From assembly GCA_030681795.1 (NCBI GenBank), contig JAUXRG010000064.1, positions 80,483 to 144,482 on the forward strand: DNA of 64,000 nucleotides. Reading direction: 5' to 3'. Shown one piece after another: positions 23,453 to 35,674 of this stretch. Numbering within the stretch: the stretch's first letter is position 1; every line of letters begins with the position of its first letter. The translations under genes and the position numbers were made by a program. The stretch comes from Rubrivivax sp. GTDB lineage: Bacteria > Pseudomonadota > Gammaproteobacteria > Burkholderiales > Burkholderiaceae_C. The notes under the pieces were generated by a model, which was not told where the DNA came from, ran no database searches, and worked only from the letters and a program-made list of their open reading frames with translations.

Positions 23453-24961
23453 TCACTGCGTGAGCCAGGTCGCCAGGTCGGACTTCAACTGCGCCAAGTC
23501 CGGGCCCCGCGTATACATCATGTGGCCAGCGTCGTAGTAGTGGTGCTGCACGCGGGTCAGCACATCGGCCGGGGCGTCGAGTTGCGCCAGCGACCAGTCG
23601 CTGGCGCTGTACGGCGTGCCCAGGTCGTAGCGCCCGCTGGCGGCGAACACCTTGAGGTGCGGGTTGCGGCGCAGCGCGCGCGCCAGGTCGGGGCTGGTGC
23701 AGGCGAAACCGTCATGGCTGCTCTCGCCGCGGTTCCAGTTCCAGCCCTTGTTGACCTCGCGGGAGAGCACTTCGTAGCGCTGCTCCATGTCCAGGCCCAG
23801 CTGCTCGCTGAAGTAGGCCATCGCCGCCATCGTGTAGGGCATCGAAATGGCCTCGATCCCGGGGTCGAACTCCCACTCACGCGTGCGGCTCGCGGCCATC
23901 GGGCCCGTGACGCGCGCCTCCAGGCGGCCGACGATGCGGCCACGCGAGCGCAGCGCCTCGAAGAAGAAGGTCTGGTCGCTGATGCGCAGGTTCTTCTCTT
24001 CCACCAGTTCGCGCGGCAGGCCCGTGAGCTCGCTGAGACGGCGCGCGATGCGGCTGCGCTGCTTGTCGCCCAGGCGCGCGCCGGCGTGCAGCGCGGCCAC
24101 GTAGTCCTCCTGCACGAAGGCCTCGGCCGCGGCGCGCGCGGCCGCGGGCGATGCGGCCAGGGGCCCGGCGAGCAGGCCGTGGTACTGCGCCACGTTGGCG
24201 AAGCCAGGCAGGAACAGCGCATAGGGCAGGTCGTTGGCGGGCGCGAAAACGATGCTCTGCAGGTCCATCGCGCAGGACACCAGGATCACGCCGCTGAGCG
24301 CCACACCCAGCGCCTGCAGCTTGTCGGCCAGGCCCGCACCGCGCGTCGTGCCGTAGCTCTCGCCGGCCAGGTATACCGGTGAGCCCCAGCGCTTGTGCCT
24401 GGTGAGCCACAAGCGCATGACCTCGGACAGCGCCGCGATATCGCCGTCCACCGAGAGCATCTTCTTGCGCGCGGCTTCGCTGGAGGTGGTCGACCAGCCG
24501 GTGTGCGGCGGGTCGATGAAGACCATGTCGAAGTGTTCGAACCAGCTGTGCGGGTTGTCCTCCACCGTGTAGGGCGGCAGCGGCATGCTGCCGTCGTCGG
24601 GCATGGGCACGCGCTTGGGGCCCAGCGCGCCCAGGTGCAACCAGATCGACGCCGAGCCCGGGCCGCCGTTGAAGGCGAAGCACACCGGCCGCCGCGCGGC
24701 GTCGGCACCCTTGAGCAAGTAGGCCGTGGCCAGGATCGCGGCCTCGGGCTCGCCGGGCACGCCGTCGAAACCCTGGGTCGCCACCGGCACGAAGGCGGCA
24801 TTCACGTCGTACTCCAGGCGCTGCCCGCCCAGCGTCACCGCCCCGGTGCTCAGGGCCGCCGGTCGCGCCAGCAACTTCTCGACATGCGCTTTGAGCCGCT
24901 TGGCGGTGTCGGGCTCGGTATCGGCGGGGGTGGGGGTGGGCGTGGGCTTGGCGTCGGCCAT
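23453..24961 (-). CDS. Peptidase S10 (serine carboxypeptidase) family protein
   Basis: ATG at 24961 inside track ORF 23453..25435. 502 aa with ..FAFNGGPGSAS.. and ..YLAGESYG... Pro/Thr-rich N-terminus (MADAKPTPTPTPADTEPD..) and no obvious signal peptide. Confidence 0.85.
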   Translation of the reverse strand: MADAKPTPTPTPADTEPDTAKRLKAHVEKLLARPAALSTGAVTLGGQRLEYDVNAAFVPVATQGFDGVPGEPEAAILATAYLLKGADAARRPVCFAFNGGPGSASIWLHLGALGPKRVPMPDDGSMPLPPYTVEDNPHSWFEHFDMVFIDPPHTGWSTTSSEAARKKMLSVDGDIAALSEVMRLWLTRHKRWGSPVYLAGESYGTTRGAGLADKLQALGVALSGVILVSCAMDLQSIVFAPANDLPYALFLPGFANVAQYHGLLAGPLAASPAAARAAAEAFVQEDYVAALHAGARLGDKQRSRIARRLSELTGLPRELVEEKNLRISDQTFFFEALRSRGRIVGRLEARVTGPMAASRTREWEFDPGIEAISMPYTMAAMAYFSEQLGLDMEQRYEVLSREVNKGWNWNRGESSHDGFACTSPDLARALRRNPHLKVFAASGRYDLGTPYSASDWSLAQLDAPADVLTRVQHHYYDAGHMMYTRGPDLAQLKSDLATWLTQ

Positions 24962-24993
24962 GGTGTGGGCTCGAAGATGGCGAAGGCGCGACG

Positions 24994-25998
24994 TTAACGC
25001 AGCGTGCCGGCCAGGAAGCCGGCGTAGCGCTCGATGTCGACATTGCCGCCGCTGACGATGACGCCCACGCGCTGGCCGCGCGCCGCTTCCACCCCCTCCA
25101 GCAGCGCCGCGGCGCCCAGGCAACCGGTGGGCTCGACCACCATCTTCATGCGCTCGGCGAAGAAGCGCATGGTGCTCACCAGCTGCCCGTCGCTGACGGT
25201 GACGATGCGCTCGACCAGCCGCTGGATGACCGGGAAGGTGAGCCGCCCGCTGTGCTGCGTCTGCGCCCCGTCGGCGATGGTCTGGGGCGTATCGATGTGC
25301 ACGATTTCGCCGCGCGCCAGGCTGAGCTGGGTGTCGTTGCCGGCCTCGGGCTCGACCCCGACGACCGTGATGCCCGGGCTGAGGTGGTGCGCCGCGACGG
25401 CGCAACCCGAGACCAGGCCGCCACCGCCCACGCACACGAGCAGGCGGTCCAGCGGCCCGGTCTCTTCGATCAGCTCCGCCGCCACCGTGCCCTGCCCGGC
25501 CATGACATGGGCATGGTCGTAGGGCGGAATCAGCGTCATGCCACGCTCACCGGCCAGCTTCGCGCCTATGGCCTCGCGGTCTTCGGTATAGCGGTCGTAG
25601 AGCACGATTTCGCTGCCGACCTGGCCGAGCTGGTACTCACGCGTGGCGGCGAGCTTGGCCGCGGGCGAATCCTGCGGCATGACGATCACCGAAGGCATGC
25701 CCAAGAGCCGCGCCGACAGCGCGATGGCCTGGGCGTGGTTGCCCGAGGAAAAGGCGATCACGCCGCGCCGGCGCTGCTCGGGCGTGAACTGCGCCAGCGC
25801 GTTGTACGCGCCACGGAACTTGAAGGCGCCCATGCGCTGGAAGTTCTCGCACTTGAAGAAAACGCGCGCTCCGGTCCGCTCGTCGGCTGTGCGCGAGGTG
25901 AACACCGGCGTGCGGTGGGCCACTCCCCGCAGGCGGATCGCCGCCGCCTGAATGTCGGCAGGCGTGATGGCGAGGTCGGGCATGGCGAGTTCGAGCAT
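24994..25998 (-). CDS. PLP-dependent threonine/serine dehydratase family enzyme (serine racemase / hydroxyaspartate ammonia-lyase-like), no ACT domain
   Basis: ATG at 25998 (MLELAMPDLAI..) inside track ORF 24994..28068. PLP-lysine motif ..CENFQRMGAFKFRGA.. and ..VGGGGLVSG... 334 aa. Confidence 0.88.
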   Translation of the reverse strand: MLELAMPDLAITPADIQAAAIRLRGVAHRTPVFTSRTADERTGARVFFKCENFQRMGAFKFRGAYNALAQFTPEQRRRGVIAFSSGNHAQAIALSARLLGMPSVIVMPQDSPAAKLAATREYQLGQVGSEIVLYDRYTEDREAIGAKLAGERGMTLIPPYDHAHVMAGQGTVAAELIEETGPLDRLLVCVGGGGLVSGCAVAAHHLSPGITVVGVEPEAGNDTQLSLARGEIVHIDTPQTIADGAQTQHSGRLTFPVIQRLVERIVTVSDGQLVSTMRFFAERMKMVVEPTGCLGAAALLEGVEAARGQRVGVIVSGGNVDIERYAGFLAGTLR

Positions 25999-26169
25999 GG
26001 CTGGCGCCTTTCTGGCATTCGAGGCGATCAAGTATGCCCGCCACGTGCCGCAGGCCTGCGCCGCCGGCAGGCCTTTGCCCAGCCTTTGCCGAGCCGCGCA
26101 CGAAGGAGCCCCGCGGCGTAGGATGTCCGTGCCCGCTCCGATGAGCCGGATCGCGGGTGGAGGTCTGCC

Positions 26170-27339
26170 ATGAACGCATCGCCGACATCCCGGGCCTGGG
26201 TCGCCCTGCTGCTGTGTGCACTGCTGGCCGGCTGCGCCCACCGGCCGCCGCGCGAGGCCGCGGAGCAGCTGCTCCGCGACGGGCGATTCGCAGCGGCGAG
26301 CGAACCCATCGACAAGGCCAGCGTATTTGCGCTGAGCGACGCCATGCAGCGCTTCCTCGCATCGGAGTTCAGCACCCCCGCCGCATTGCGCGACCCGCGG
26401 CGCGCCCTCGTCGAGGCGCTGAACGACCCGCGACGACTGGCGCTCAGCTACGACGCGGGCCGCACGCGCACGGCAGCCCAGGCCTTCGATGCGCGGGCGG
26501 GCAACTGCCTGTCGCTGGTGGTCATGACCGCCGCACTGGCCAGGCAGCTGGGCCTGCCGGTGAGCTTTCGCAGCGTGCGCGTCGAAGAGCTCTACACGCG
26601 CAGCGGCGATCTCACGGTGGCCAGTGGACACATCAACCTGGTCCTGGGCCAGCCCAGCGCACGCAAGTGGCATGGCGCAAACGAAGCCACCGACCTGACC
26701 ATCGATTTCCTGCCCCCCGAAGAGGTACGAGGTCAGTCGAGCGACCCGCTGCGCGAAGAAACCATCGTGGCGATGTACCTGAACAACCGCGCCGCCGAGG
26801 CGCTGGCCGACGGCCGCCTGAGCGACGCCTACTGGTGGGCGCGTGAGGCCCTGCTGCAAGACGCGGCCTTCGATGCCGCGGCCAACACGCTGGCCGTCGT
26901 CTACCTGCGCAGCGGCCTGCTGCCCGAGGCCGAGACCGCCTTGCGCCGTGTGCTGGCGCAAGACCCCGACCACACCAGCGCCCTGTCCAACCTGGTCGTC
27001 TCGTTGCAACGCGCGGGTCGTGCCACCGAGGCGGCCGCCACCGCGGAACGCCTGGCGCGGATTCAGCCCTACCCTCCATTTCACTTCTTCGAGCTCGGTC
27101 GCCAGGCCATGGCTGCCGGTGACTACGGCAGGGCACGCGACCTCTTCGCGCGTGAACTGCGCCGCCAGCCCTTCCAGCACGAAGTGCACTTCTGGGCCGC
27201 ACTGGCCCATTGGCGGTTGGGCCACAACGAACGCGCCGCCGAGCACCTGCGCCTGGCGATGGAGAACAGCCTGACCCGCGGCGCCCACGACCTCTATGCC
27301 GCCAAGCTCGACCGCCTTCGCGCCCTGCGACTGCAATAG
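26170..27339 (+). CDS. Lipoprotein with transglutaminase-like cysteine-peptidase core and TPR repeats
   Basis: 389 aa with lipobox LLAGC, ..AGNCLSLVVMTAAL.. and ..SGHINLVLG.. (candidate Cys/His), and a TPR-like C-terminal half. Confidence 0.7.
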   Translation: MNASPTSRAWVALLLCALLAGCAHRPPREAAEQLLRDGRFAAASEPIDKASVFALSDAMQRFLASEFSTPAALRDPRRALVEALNDPRRLALSYDAGRTRTAAQAFDARAGNCLSLVVMTAALARQLGLPVSFRSVRVEELYTRSGDLTVASGHINLVLGQPSARKWHGANEATDLTIDFLPPEEVRGQSSDPLREETIVAMYLNNRAAEALADGRLSDAYWWAREALLQDAAFDAAANTLAVVYLRSGLLPEAETALRRVLAQDPDHTSALSNLVVSLQRAGRATEAAATAERLARIQPYPPFHFFELGRQAMAAGDYGRARDLFARELRRQPFQHEVHFWAALAHWRLGHNERAAEHLRLAMENSLTRGAHDLYAAKLDRLRALRLQ

Positions 27340-27387
27340 TCGACTGCGACTGGCCGCCGCGCCGCGGCAGGTTAGTCTTCGCCCCGC

Positions 27388-28077
27388 ATGAAAACCGCCG
27401 CCAAGCCCAACCCGCTCGTCGAGATTGCCATCACGATCATCGTGCCGGCCCTCATTCTCATGAACCTCAGCAGCGACAAGCGCCTGGGCAACACCGGCGC
27501 CCTGCTGCTGGCCCTGGCCTTCCCGGTCGGCTGGGGCCTGTGGGACGGCTGGAAGCGGCGCAAGCTCAACTGGCTGTCGGTGCTGGGCGTGGTGAGCACG
27601 CTGCTGACCGGCGGCATCGGCCTGCTGGCGCTGGACGCCCAATGGCTGGCGGTGAAGGAGGCTGCGGTGCCTGCACTGATCGGCATCGTCATCCTCGGGT
27701 CGGCCTGGACGGAATCCCCGCTGATCCGCCTGCTCGTGTTCAACGCCACGCTGTTCGACATCGACCGCGTCCACAAGGCCCTGGACGAACGCCACAACAC
27801 GCCCGCCTTCGAGAGGCAGCTGCGCACGGCCACGCTCCTGCTGGCCGGCACCTTCTTCTTCTCCGCCGTGGCCAACTACGTGCTCGCCCGCTGGGTCGTG
27901 CACAGCCCGGCGGGCACCGAAGCCTTCAACGAGGAACTCGGCCGCCTGACGCTGCTGAGCTACCCGATCATCGCCGTGCCATCGATGATCATGATGATGG
28001 CGCTGATGTTCTGGCTGGCGCACGGTGCCAAGGCCCTCACCGGGCTGACCCTGGGCGACATGCTGCAAGGGGGATGA
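27388..28077 (+). CDS. Integral membrane protein of unknown function (VC0807-family-like)
   Basis: 229 aa with 5-6 predicted TM helices. I recognise no enzymatic motif. Confidence 0.6.
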   Translation: MKTAAKPNPLVEIAITIIVPALILMNLSSDKRLGNTGALLLALAFPVGWGLWDGWKRRKLNWLSVLGVVSTLLTGGIGLLALDAQWLAVKEAAVPALIGIVILGSAWTESPLIRLLVFNATLFDIDRVHKALDERHNTPAFERQLRTATLLLAGTFFFSAVANYVLARWVVHSPAGTEAFNEELGRLTLLSYPIIAVPSMIMMMALMFWLAHGAKALTGLTLGDMLQGG

Positions 28078-28647
28078 TTCCCCATGCGCGCGCGGCGGGC
28101 ACCATAGAATCTGCCACTTCGCAATCCCTCACCTGCACATGCGCCAGCCTCTTGACCAGGGCCACGATGCGCAACCCACTCGCAGGGCCTGCCTTCGAGC
28201 TGCAGCCGGGCTGAGCCTGGCGACGCTGTTGCCAGCGTGGGCCCTGGACAAGCCCCTGGGCCAGCCGGTGCTCACCCTCACCGGCCGCGTGCGCAACACC
28301 AACGACGGCGCGCGCGCCCAGTTCGACATGGCCATGCTCGAGGCCCTGCCCCAGACCAGCTTCGCCACCCGCACGCCGTGGTACGCCCAGGCCCGGCGCT
28401 TTTCCGGGCCGCTGCTGCGCGATGTGCTGGCCGCCGCGGGCGCCCAGGGCACCGTGCTGCACCTGTCCGCACTCAACGACTATCGGGTCGACATGCCCTT
28501 CGACGACGCGCAGCGGCACGACGTCATCCTGGCCCGGCTGCTCGACGACCGCCCCATGGCGGTGCGCGACAAGGGCCCCCTGTTGGTGATCTACCCTTTC
28601 GATGCACGCCCTGAATTGCGCAACGCCGTCTACTACAGTCGCTCGGC

Positions 28648-30929
<2,282 letters not shown>

Positions 30930-30933
<4 letters not shown>

Positions 30934-31979
30934 ACGATCACTGGCTCGGGCTCCAACCGGATGCCGAAGCGGCCGTAGACACTCTCCTGGATGGCGCGGG
31001 CCAGGGTCACCACCTCGGCGCCGCTGGCGCCGCCCCGGTTGACCAGCACCAGCGCCTGCTTGTCATGGACGCCGGCGCGGCCCACGGTCTTGCCCTTCCA
31101 GCCACAGGCATCGATCAGCCACCCCGCGGCGAGCTTGCTGCTGCCGTCGGGCATCGCATAGTGGACGACCTCCGGCTCACGGCCGATGATGTCCCGGCAC
31201 TGCTCGGCGCTGACCACCGGGTTCTTGAAGAAACTCCCGGCATTGCCGAGCACGGCCGGGTCGGGCAGCTTGGCCCGGCGGATGGCGCAGACCCACTCGA
31301 AGACGGTGCGCGCGTCGGGCGCGTGGTTGCCGGTGTCAAGCATCTTGCGCTCGAGGTCCAGGTAGCCCAGCACGGGCTGCCAGGGCTTGGGCAGGCGCAG
31401 TCGAACCTGCGTGATGACGGACTTGCCGGCCAGGCCACCGAAGCCCGAGCGCTTGAAGACACTGTCGCGGTAGCCGAAGCGGCAATCGGCGGCACCCAGC
31501 GTGACATTGCGTCCGGTGACGAGATCCACCGCGTCCAGCGAATCGAAGCGGTCCTGCAGCTCGATGCCGTAGGCGCCGATGTTCTGCACCGGTGCGCCGC
31601 CCACCGAGCCGGGAATCAACGCCAGGTTCTCCAGCCCCGGCCAGCCCTGCTCCAGGGTCCAGGCCACCAGGCCGTGCCAGGACTCACCGGCACCGGCCTC
31701 GACGATCCAGGCGTCGGCCTCCTCGCGCAGCAGGCGCCGGCCGAGGATCTCGACCTTGAGCACGACGCTGTCGACGTCGCGCGTCAGCACCAGGTTGCTG
31801 CCGCCGCCGAGAACGAGCTTGGGCGCCGGTCCCAACAAAGGGTGGTCGACCACCCGGCGCACGTCGGCCGCGCTGCCCAGGTGCACCAGCGTGCGGGCCA
31901 CGGCCGGCAGGCCGAAGGTGTTGTGTTCGCGCAGGCTGGCGCGCTGCTCGACATGAAGTGGCCCGGAATTTGAGGACAT
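30930..31979 (-). CDS. murB: UDP-N-acetylenolpyruvoylglucosamine reductase
   Basis: ATG at 31979 ([26 protein letters not shown]..) inside track ORF 30930..34757. FAD-binding domain (..[11 protein letters not shown]..) plus a MurB C-terminal domain. 349 aa. Confidence 0.92.
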
Positions 31980-32037
31980 GGCAGAATTTTCGTGCATATT
32001 CGCCAGGCGCCCCTGCCCCTTTGAACCGCTGCCCACC

Positions 32038-32541
32038 ATGCCCAGTTTCGATGCCGTGATCGAGCCCGACCTCGTCGAGCTGCGCAATGCCGTGGAGCAG
32101 GCCTCCAAGGAGATCGCGACGCGCTTCGACTTCAAGGGCTCGAGCGCGCAGATCGAGCTCGTCGAAGCCAGCGCGAAGCAGCGCGAGCTCACGCTCTGGG
32201 CGGACAGCGATTTCCAGCTCCAGCAGGTGCGCGACGTGCTGCTCGCCCGGCTGTCCAAGCGCGGCGTGGATGCGCGCTTTCTCGACTTTTCGGCCACACC
32301 GCAGAAGATGAGCCACGACAAGCTCAAGCTTGCCGTGCCGGTGAAGAGCGGCATCGACGCCGACACGGCCAGAAAGATGCAGGCCGCATTGAAGGCCGCC
32401 AAGATGAAGGTCCAGGCGCAGTACCAGGGCGACGCGCTGCGCGTCACCGGGGCCAAGCGCGACGAGTTGCAAACCGCCATCGCGCTGCTGCGCAAGGAGC
32501 TGCACGAATGGCCGCTGGCCTTCAACAATTTCCGGCCCTGA
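32038..32541 (+). CDS. yajQ: YajQ-family (UPF0234) nucleotide / cyclic-di-GMP-binding protein
   Basis: ATG at 32038 ([35 protein letters not shown]..). 167 aa, collinear with YajQ. Confidence 0.88.
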   Translation: MPSFDAVIEPDLVELRNAVEQASKEIATRFDFKGSSAQIELVEASAKQRELTLWADSDFQLQQVRDVLLARLSKRGVDARFLDFSATPQKMSHDKLKLAVPVKSGIDADTARKMQAALKAAKMKVQAQYQGDALRVTGAKRDELQTAIALLRKELHEWPLAFNNFRP

Positions 32542-33212
32542 GGCGCCGGGCCGTCCGCGGGGCCGTCTGCGCGGCCCTGTGCGCCACGCTGTGCGTGGCC
32601 GCCCAGGCGCAAGGCGTGGCTGCCGCCCGGGCGCAAGGTGTGGCGCTGGCCGGCCGCATGGGCGAGCGGGCGCTGCTCGTCATCGATGGCCAGCCCCACA
32701 CGCTGTCCGTGGGCCAGACCGCAGCCGGTGTGCGCCTGCTGCGCTGGGCGGACGACAGCGCCGAGGTCGAACAGGCCGGTGTGCGCACGCTGCTGCGCGT
32801 GGGCGGCACACCGGCGCAACTCGGCAAGTCGGCCCCGCGCCCGTCGGCGCGCGAAGTCGTCCTGACCGCCGGACCGGGCGGCCACTTCACGGCCGCGGGG
32901 GCCATCAACGGCCGCGCGGCGCAGTTCATGGTCGACACCGGTGCGACGCTGGTGGCGCTGAGCCGCGACGATGCCCAGCGCATGGGCATCGACCTGAGCG
33001 GCGCACGCGACGCCGTCACGCACACGGCCAACGGCACCGTGCCGGTCAAGCTCGTCACGCTGGCCTCGGTGCGGGTGGGCGATCTCGAACTCAGCCAGGT
33101 GGGCGCGGCGATCCTGCCCATGCCCATGCCGGTGATCCTCCTGGGCAACAGCTTCCTCTCGCGGCTGCAGATGCGGCGCGAGAACGACGTGATGCGCCTG
33201 GAGCTGCGCTGA
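32508..33212 (+). CDS. Retropepsin-like (clan AA, TIGR02281-type) aspartic protease, exported or membrane-anchored
   Basis: 234 aa with a hydrophobic N-terminus (..[18 protein letters not shown]) and the ..[13 protein letters not shown].. DTG motif. The start at 32508 overlaps yajQ by 34 nt. The start is uncertain. Confidence 0.75.
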   Translation: MAAGLQQFPALRRRAVRGAVCAALCATLCVAAQAQGVAAARAQGVALAGRMGERALLVIDGQPHTLSVGQTAAGVRLLRWADDSAEVEQAGVRTLLRVGGTPAQLGKSAPRPSAREVVLTAGPGGHFTAAGAINGRAAQFMVDTGATLVALSRDDAQRMGIDLSGARDAVTHTANGTVPVKLVTLASVRVGDLELSQVGAAILPMPMPVILLGNSFLSRLQMRRENDVMRLELR

Positions 33213-33234
33213 GCGGCCGCTGCGCTGCACCGCC

Positions 33235-33284
33235 TGTCTCACCCGAGACAAAGTCTCTTCGAACGATCGTGCTAAAAATGCACG
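33235..33284 (+). promoter_or_regulatory. Cluster of short inverted repeats upstream of the paired acyl-CoA dehydrogenase genes
   Basis: TGTCTC-ACCC-GAGACA (33235-33250), the overlapping GAGAC-AAA-GTCTC (33245-33257), and CGTGC-TAAAAAT-GCACG (33268-33284). Their function (terminator-like hairpin or operator) is unresolved. Confidence 0.25.
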
Positions 33285-33314
33285 CTCACACCCGCGCCCA
33301 GGAGAAACCGCGTC

Positions 33315-34508
33315 ATGGACCTGAATTTCACCGCCGAAGAGCTCGCCTTTCGCAGCGAGGTCCGGCAATGGGTGGCCGAGAACCTGCCCGCAGCAACCGC
33401 CCACAAGGTGCGCCACGCACTGCGCCTGACGCGCGAGGACATGCAAGGCTGGGCCAAGATCCTGGGCAAGAAGGGCTGGCTGGGCTGGGGCTGGCCCAAG
33501 CAGTTCGGCGGCCCGGGCTGGAACGCCATCCAGAAACACCTTTTCGAAGAGGAATGCGCGCTGGCCTGCGCGCCGCGCGTGGCGCCCTTCGGCCCGATCA
33601 TGGTGGCGCCGGTGATCATGACCTACGGCAACGCCGAGCAGCAGAAGCGCTTCCTGCCCGGCATCGCCAGCGGCGAGGTCTGGTGGAGCCAGGGCTACAG
33701 CGAGCCCGGCGCGGGCAGCGACCTGGCTTCGCTCAAGTGCAAGGCCGAACGTGTCTCCACAAGTGCGGGCGACAAATACATCGTCAACGGCCAGAAGGCC
33801 TGGACCACGCTGGGCCAGTACGGCGAGTGGATCTTCTGCCTGGTGCGCACCAGCAACGAAGGCAAGCCGCAGACCGGCATCAGCTTCCTGCTCATCGACA
33901 TGAAGAGCCCCGGCGTAAGCGTGCGCCCGGTCTATCTGATGGACGGCGAGCCCGAGGTCAACGACGTCTTCTTCGACGACGTCGAGGTCCCCGTCGAGAA
34001 CCTGGTGGGCGAGGAGAACAAGGGCTGGACCTACGCCAAGCTGCTGCTCGCGCACGAGCGCAGCAATATCGCCGATGTCAACCGCGCCAAGCGCGAGCTC
34101 GAACGCCTCAAACGCATCGCCAGGGCCGAGGGCATGTATGACGACGCGCGTTTCCGCGACCAGATCGCGCTGCTCGAAGTGGATGTGGTGGCGCTGGAGA
34201 TGATGGTGCTGCGCGTGCTCTCGGCGGAGAAGAGCGGCAAGAAGAGCCTGGACATCGCGGCGCTGCTGAAGATCCGCGGCAGCGAGATCCAGCAGCGCTA
34301 CACCGAACTCATGATGCTGGCCGCCGGGCCGCTGACGCGGGCCTACGTCCACGAGGCCATGGACGCCGGCTGGCAGGGCGACTTCGCTTTCCCCACGAGC
34401 ATCCTGCCGCTGGCCGGAACCTACTTCAATTACCGCAAGACCACCATCTACGGTGGCAGCAACGAAGTGCAACGCAGCATCGTCGCTCAGACAGTCCTCG
34501 GGAGCTGA
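33315..34508 (+). CDS. Acyl-CoA dehydrogenase family protein (first of an adjacent pair)
   Basis: 397 aa with an AGGAGA RBS. ACAD fold (..[16 protein letters not shown].., ..[11 protein letters not shown].., C-terminal ..[16 protein letters not shown]..). Confidence 0.88.
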   Translation: MDLNFTAEELAFRSEVRQWVAENLPAATAHKVRHALRLTREDMQGWAKILGKKGWLGWGWPKQFGGPGWNAIQKHLFEEECALACAPRVAPFGPIMVAPVIMTYGNAEQQKRFLPGIASGEVWWSQGYSEPGAGSDLASLKCKAERVSTSAGDKYIVNGQKAWTTLGQYGEWIFCLVRTSNEGKPQTGISFLLIDMKSPGVSVRPVYLMDGEPEVNDVFFDDVEVPVENLVGEENKGWTYAKLLLAHERSNIADVNRAKRELERLKRIARAEGMYDDARFRDQIALLEVDVVALEMMVLRVLSAEKSGKKSLDIAALLKIRGSEIQQRYTELMMLAAGPLTRAYVHEAMDAGWQGDFAFPTSILPLAGTYFNYRKTTIYGGSNEVQRSIVAQTVLGS

Positions 34509-34509
34509 C

Positions 34510-35637
34510 ATGGACTTCGACTTCTCCGACGACCAGGAATCGCTGCGCGACGCCGTGCACCGCTGGGTGGAAAAGGGCTTCAGCTTCGAGCGCCGGCACC
34601 AGCTCGCCAAAGCCGGCGGCGCCTCGCGAGAGGTGTACACCGAACTGGCCGATCTCGGCCTGGCCGGCCTGGTCGTGCCCGAGGCCCACGGCGGCATGGG
34701 CATGGGCGCCATCGAGGCGATGGTGGTGAACGAGGAACTCGGCCGCGGCCTGGTCAACGCGCCCTACACCTACGCCGCGCTGATGGCGCCGCGGCTGCTG
34801 GCCGGCGCACCGCAAGCGCTGCAGGCCGAGTGGCTGCCGCGCATGGCCAGCGGTGTAGCCCTGGTCGTGCCGGCACTGCACGAGCGCCACACCCGCTACC
34901 GCCTGGCGCAGGTGAGCACGCGGGCGCTGGCCCAGGGCAACGCCTGGGTGCTCGACGGCACCCAATGCGTCGTGCCCGCGGGCGACGAGGCCGACGCCTT
35001 CATCGTGCCGGCACGCCTCTCCGGCGCCCCGGGTGATGAAGCCGGCATCGGCGTCTTCCTGGTCGAACGCGCCGCGGCCCAGGTCAGGGGCTACCCCACC
35101 TACGACGGCGCGCGCGCCGCCGACGTCGCCCTGGCCGCGGCCCCGGCGCAGCTCATCGCGGCCGATGGCCATGCGCTGCTCGAAGCGGCCGTGGACGCCG
35201 GCATCGCCGGCCAATGCGCCGAGGCCGTGGGGCTGATGGACGCCCTGGTGGCGCTGACCGTGGAGTACATGAATATGCGCAAGCAGTTCGGTACGACGAT
35301 CGCCAGCTTCCAGGCCCTGCGCCACCGCATGGCCGATGTGAAGATGCAGCTCGAGCTCGGCCGCTCGATGAGCTACTACGCCAGCCTCAAGCTCGGCGAG
35401 GCGCCGGCGCTGCGCCGCCGGGCGCTGGCGCAGGCCGGCGTTCAGCTCGGCCAGAGCATGCGCTTCGTGAGCCAGAACTGCCTGCAGCTGCAGGGCGGCA
35501 TCGGCTGCACCGACGAGTACATGGGCAGCCATTACTTCAAGCGTCTGACGATGCTCGAGGTAAGCCTGGGCGACACGATGCATCACCTGGGCGAGGTGTC
35601 CGCGCGGATGCAGGATACGGCCGGCGTCTTCGCCTGA
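34510..35637 (+). CDS. Acyl-CoA dehydrogenase family protein (second of the pair, possibly a non-catalytic partner)
   Basis: ATG at 34510 ([24 protein letters not shown]..), 1 nt after the preceding stop. 375 aa. ACAD fold with ..YMNMRKQFG.. and ..[11 protein letters not shown]... Confidence 0.85.
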   Translation: MDFDFSDDQESLRDAVHRWVEKGFSFERRHQLAKAGGASREVYTELADLGLAGLVVPEAHGGMGMGAIEAMVVNEELGRGLVNAPYTYAALMAPRLLAGAPQALQAEWLPRMASGVALVVPALHERHTRYRLAQVSTRALAQGNAWVLDGTQCVVPAGDEADAFIVPARLSGAPGDEAGIGVFLVERAAAQVRGYPTYDGARAADVALAAAPAQLIAADGHALLEAAVDAGIAGQCAEAVGLMDALVALTVEYMNMRKQFGTTIASFQALRHRMADVKMQLELGRSMSYYASLKLGEAPALRRRALAQAGVQLGQSMRFVSQNCLQLQGGIGCTDEYMGSHYFKRLTMLEVSLGDTMHHLGEVSARMQDTAGVFA

Positions 35638-35674
35638 GGCCGCCGGTGCCCTGCGCCGCCGCCACAATGACGGC

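Noticed and set aside
24994-28068. A 1024-aa ORF, and likewise 30930..34757 (1275 aa), 23453..25435, 11639..13447 and 45847..46794
   Set aside because: These are composite read-throughs. In most, only the 3'-proximal part from an internal ATG matches a real family (PLP dehydratase, MurB, S10 peptidase, RhlE), and the remainder overlaps oppositely oriented real genes. ORF 45847..46794 has no such intact part: it runs antisense to the end of the DUF2189-like gene and across the phn remnant.
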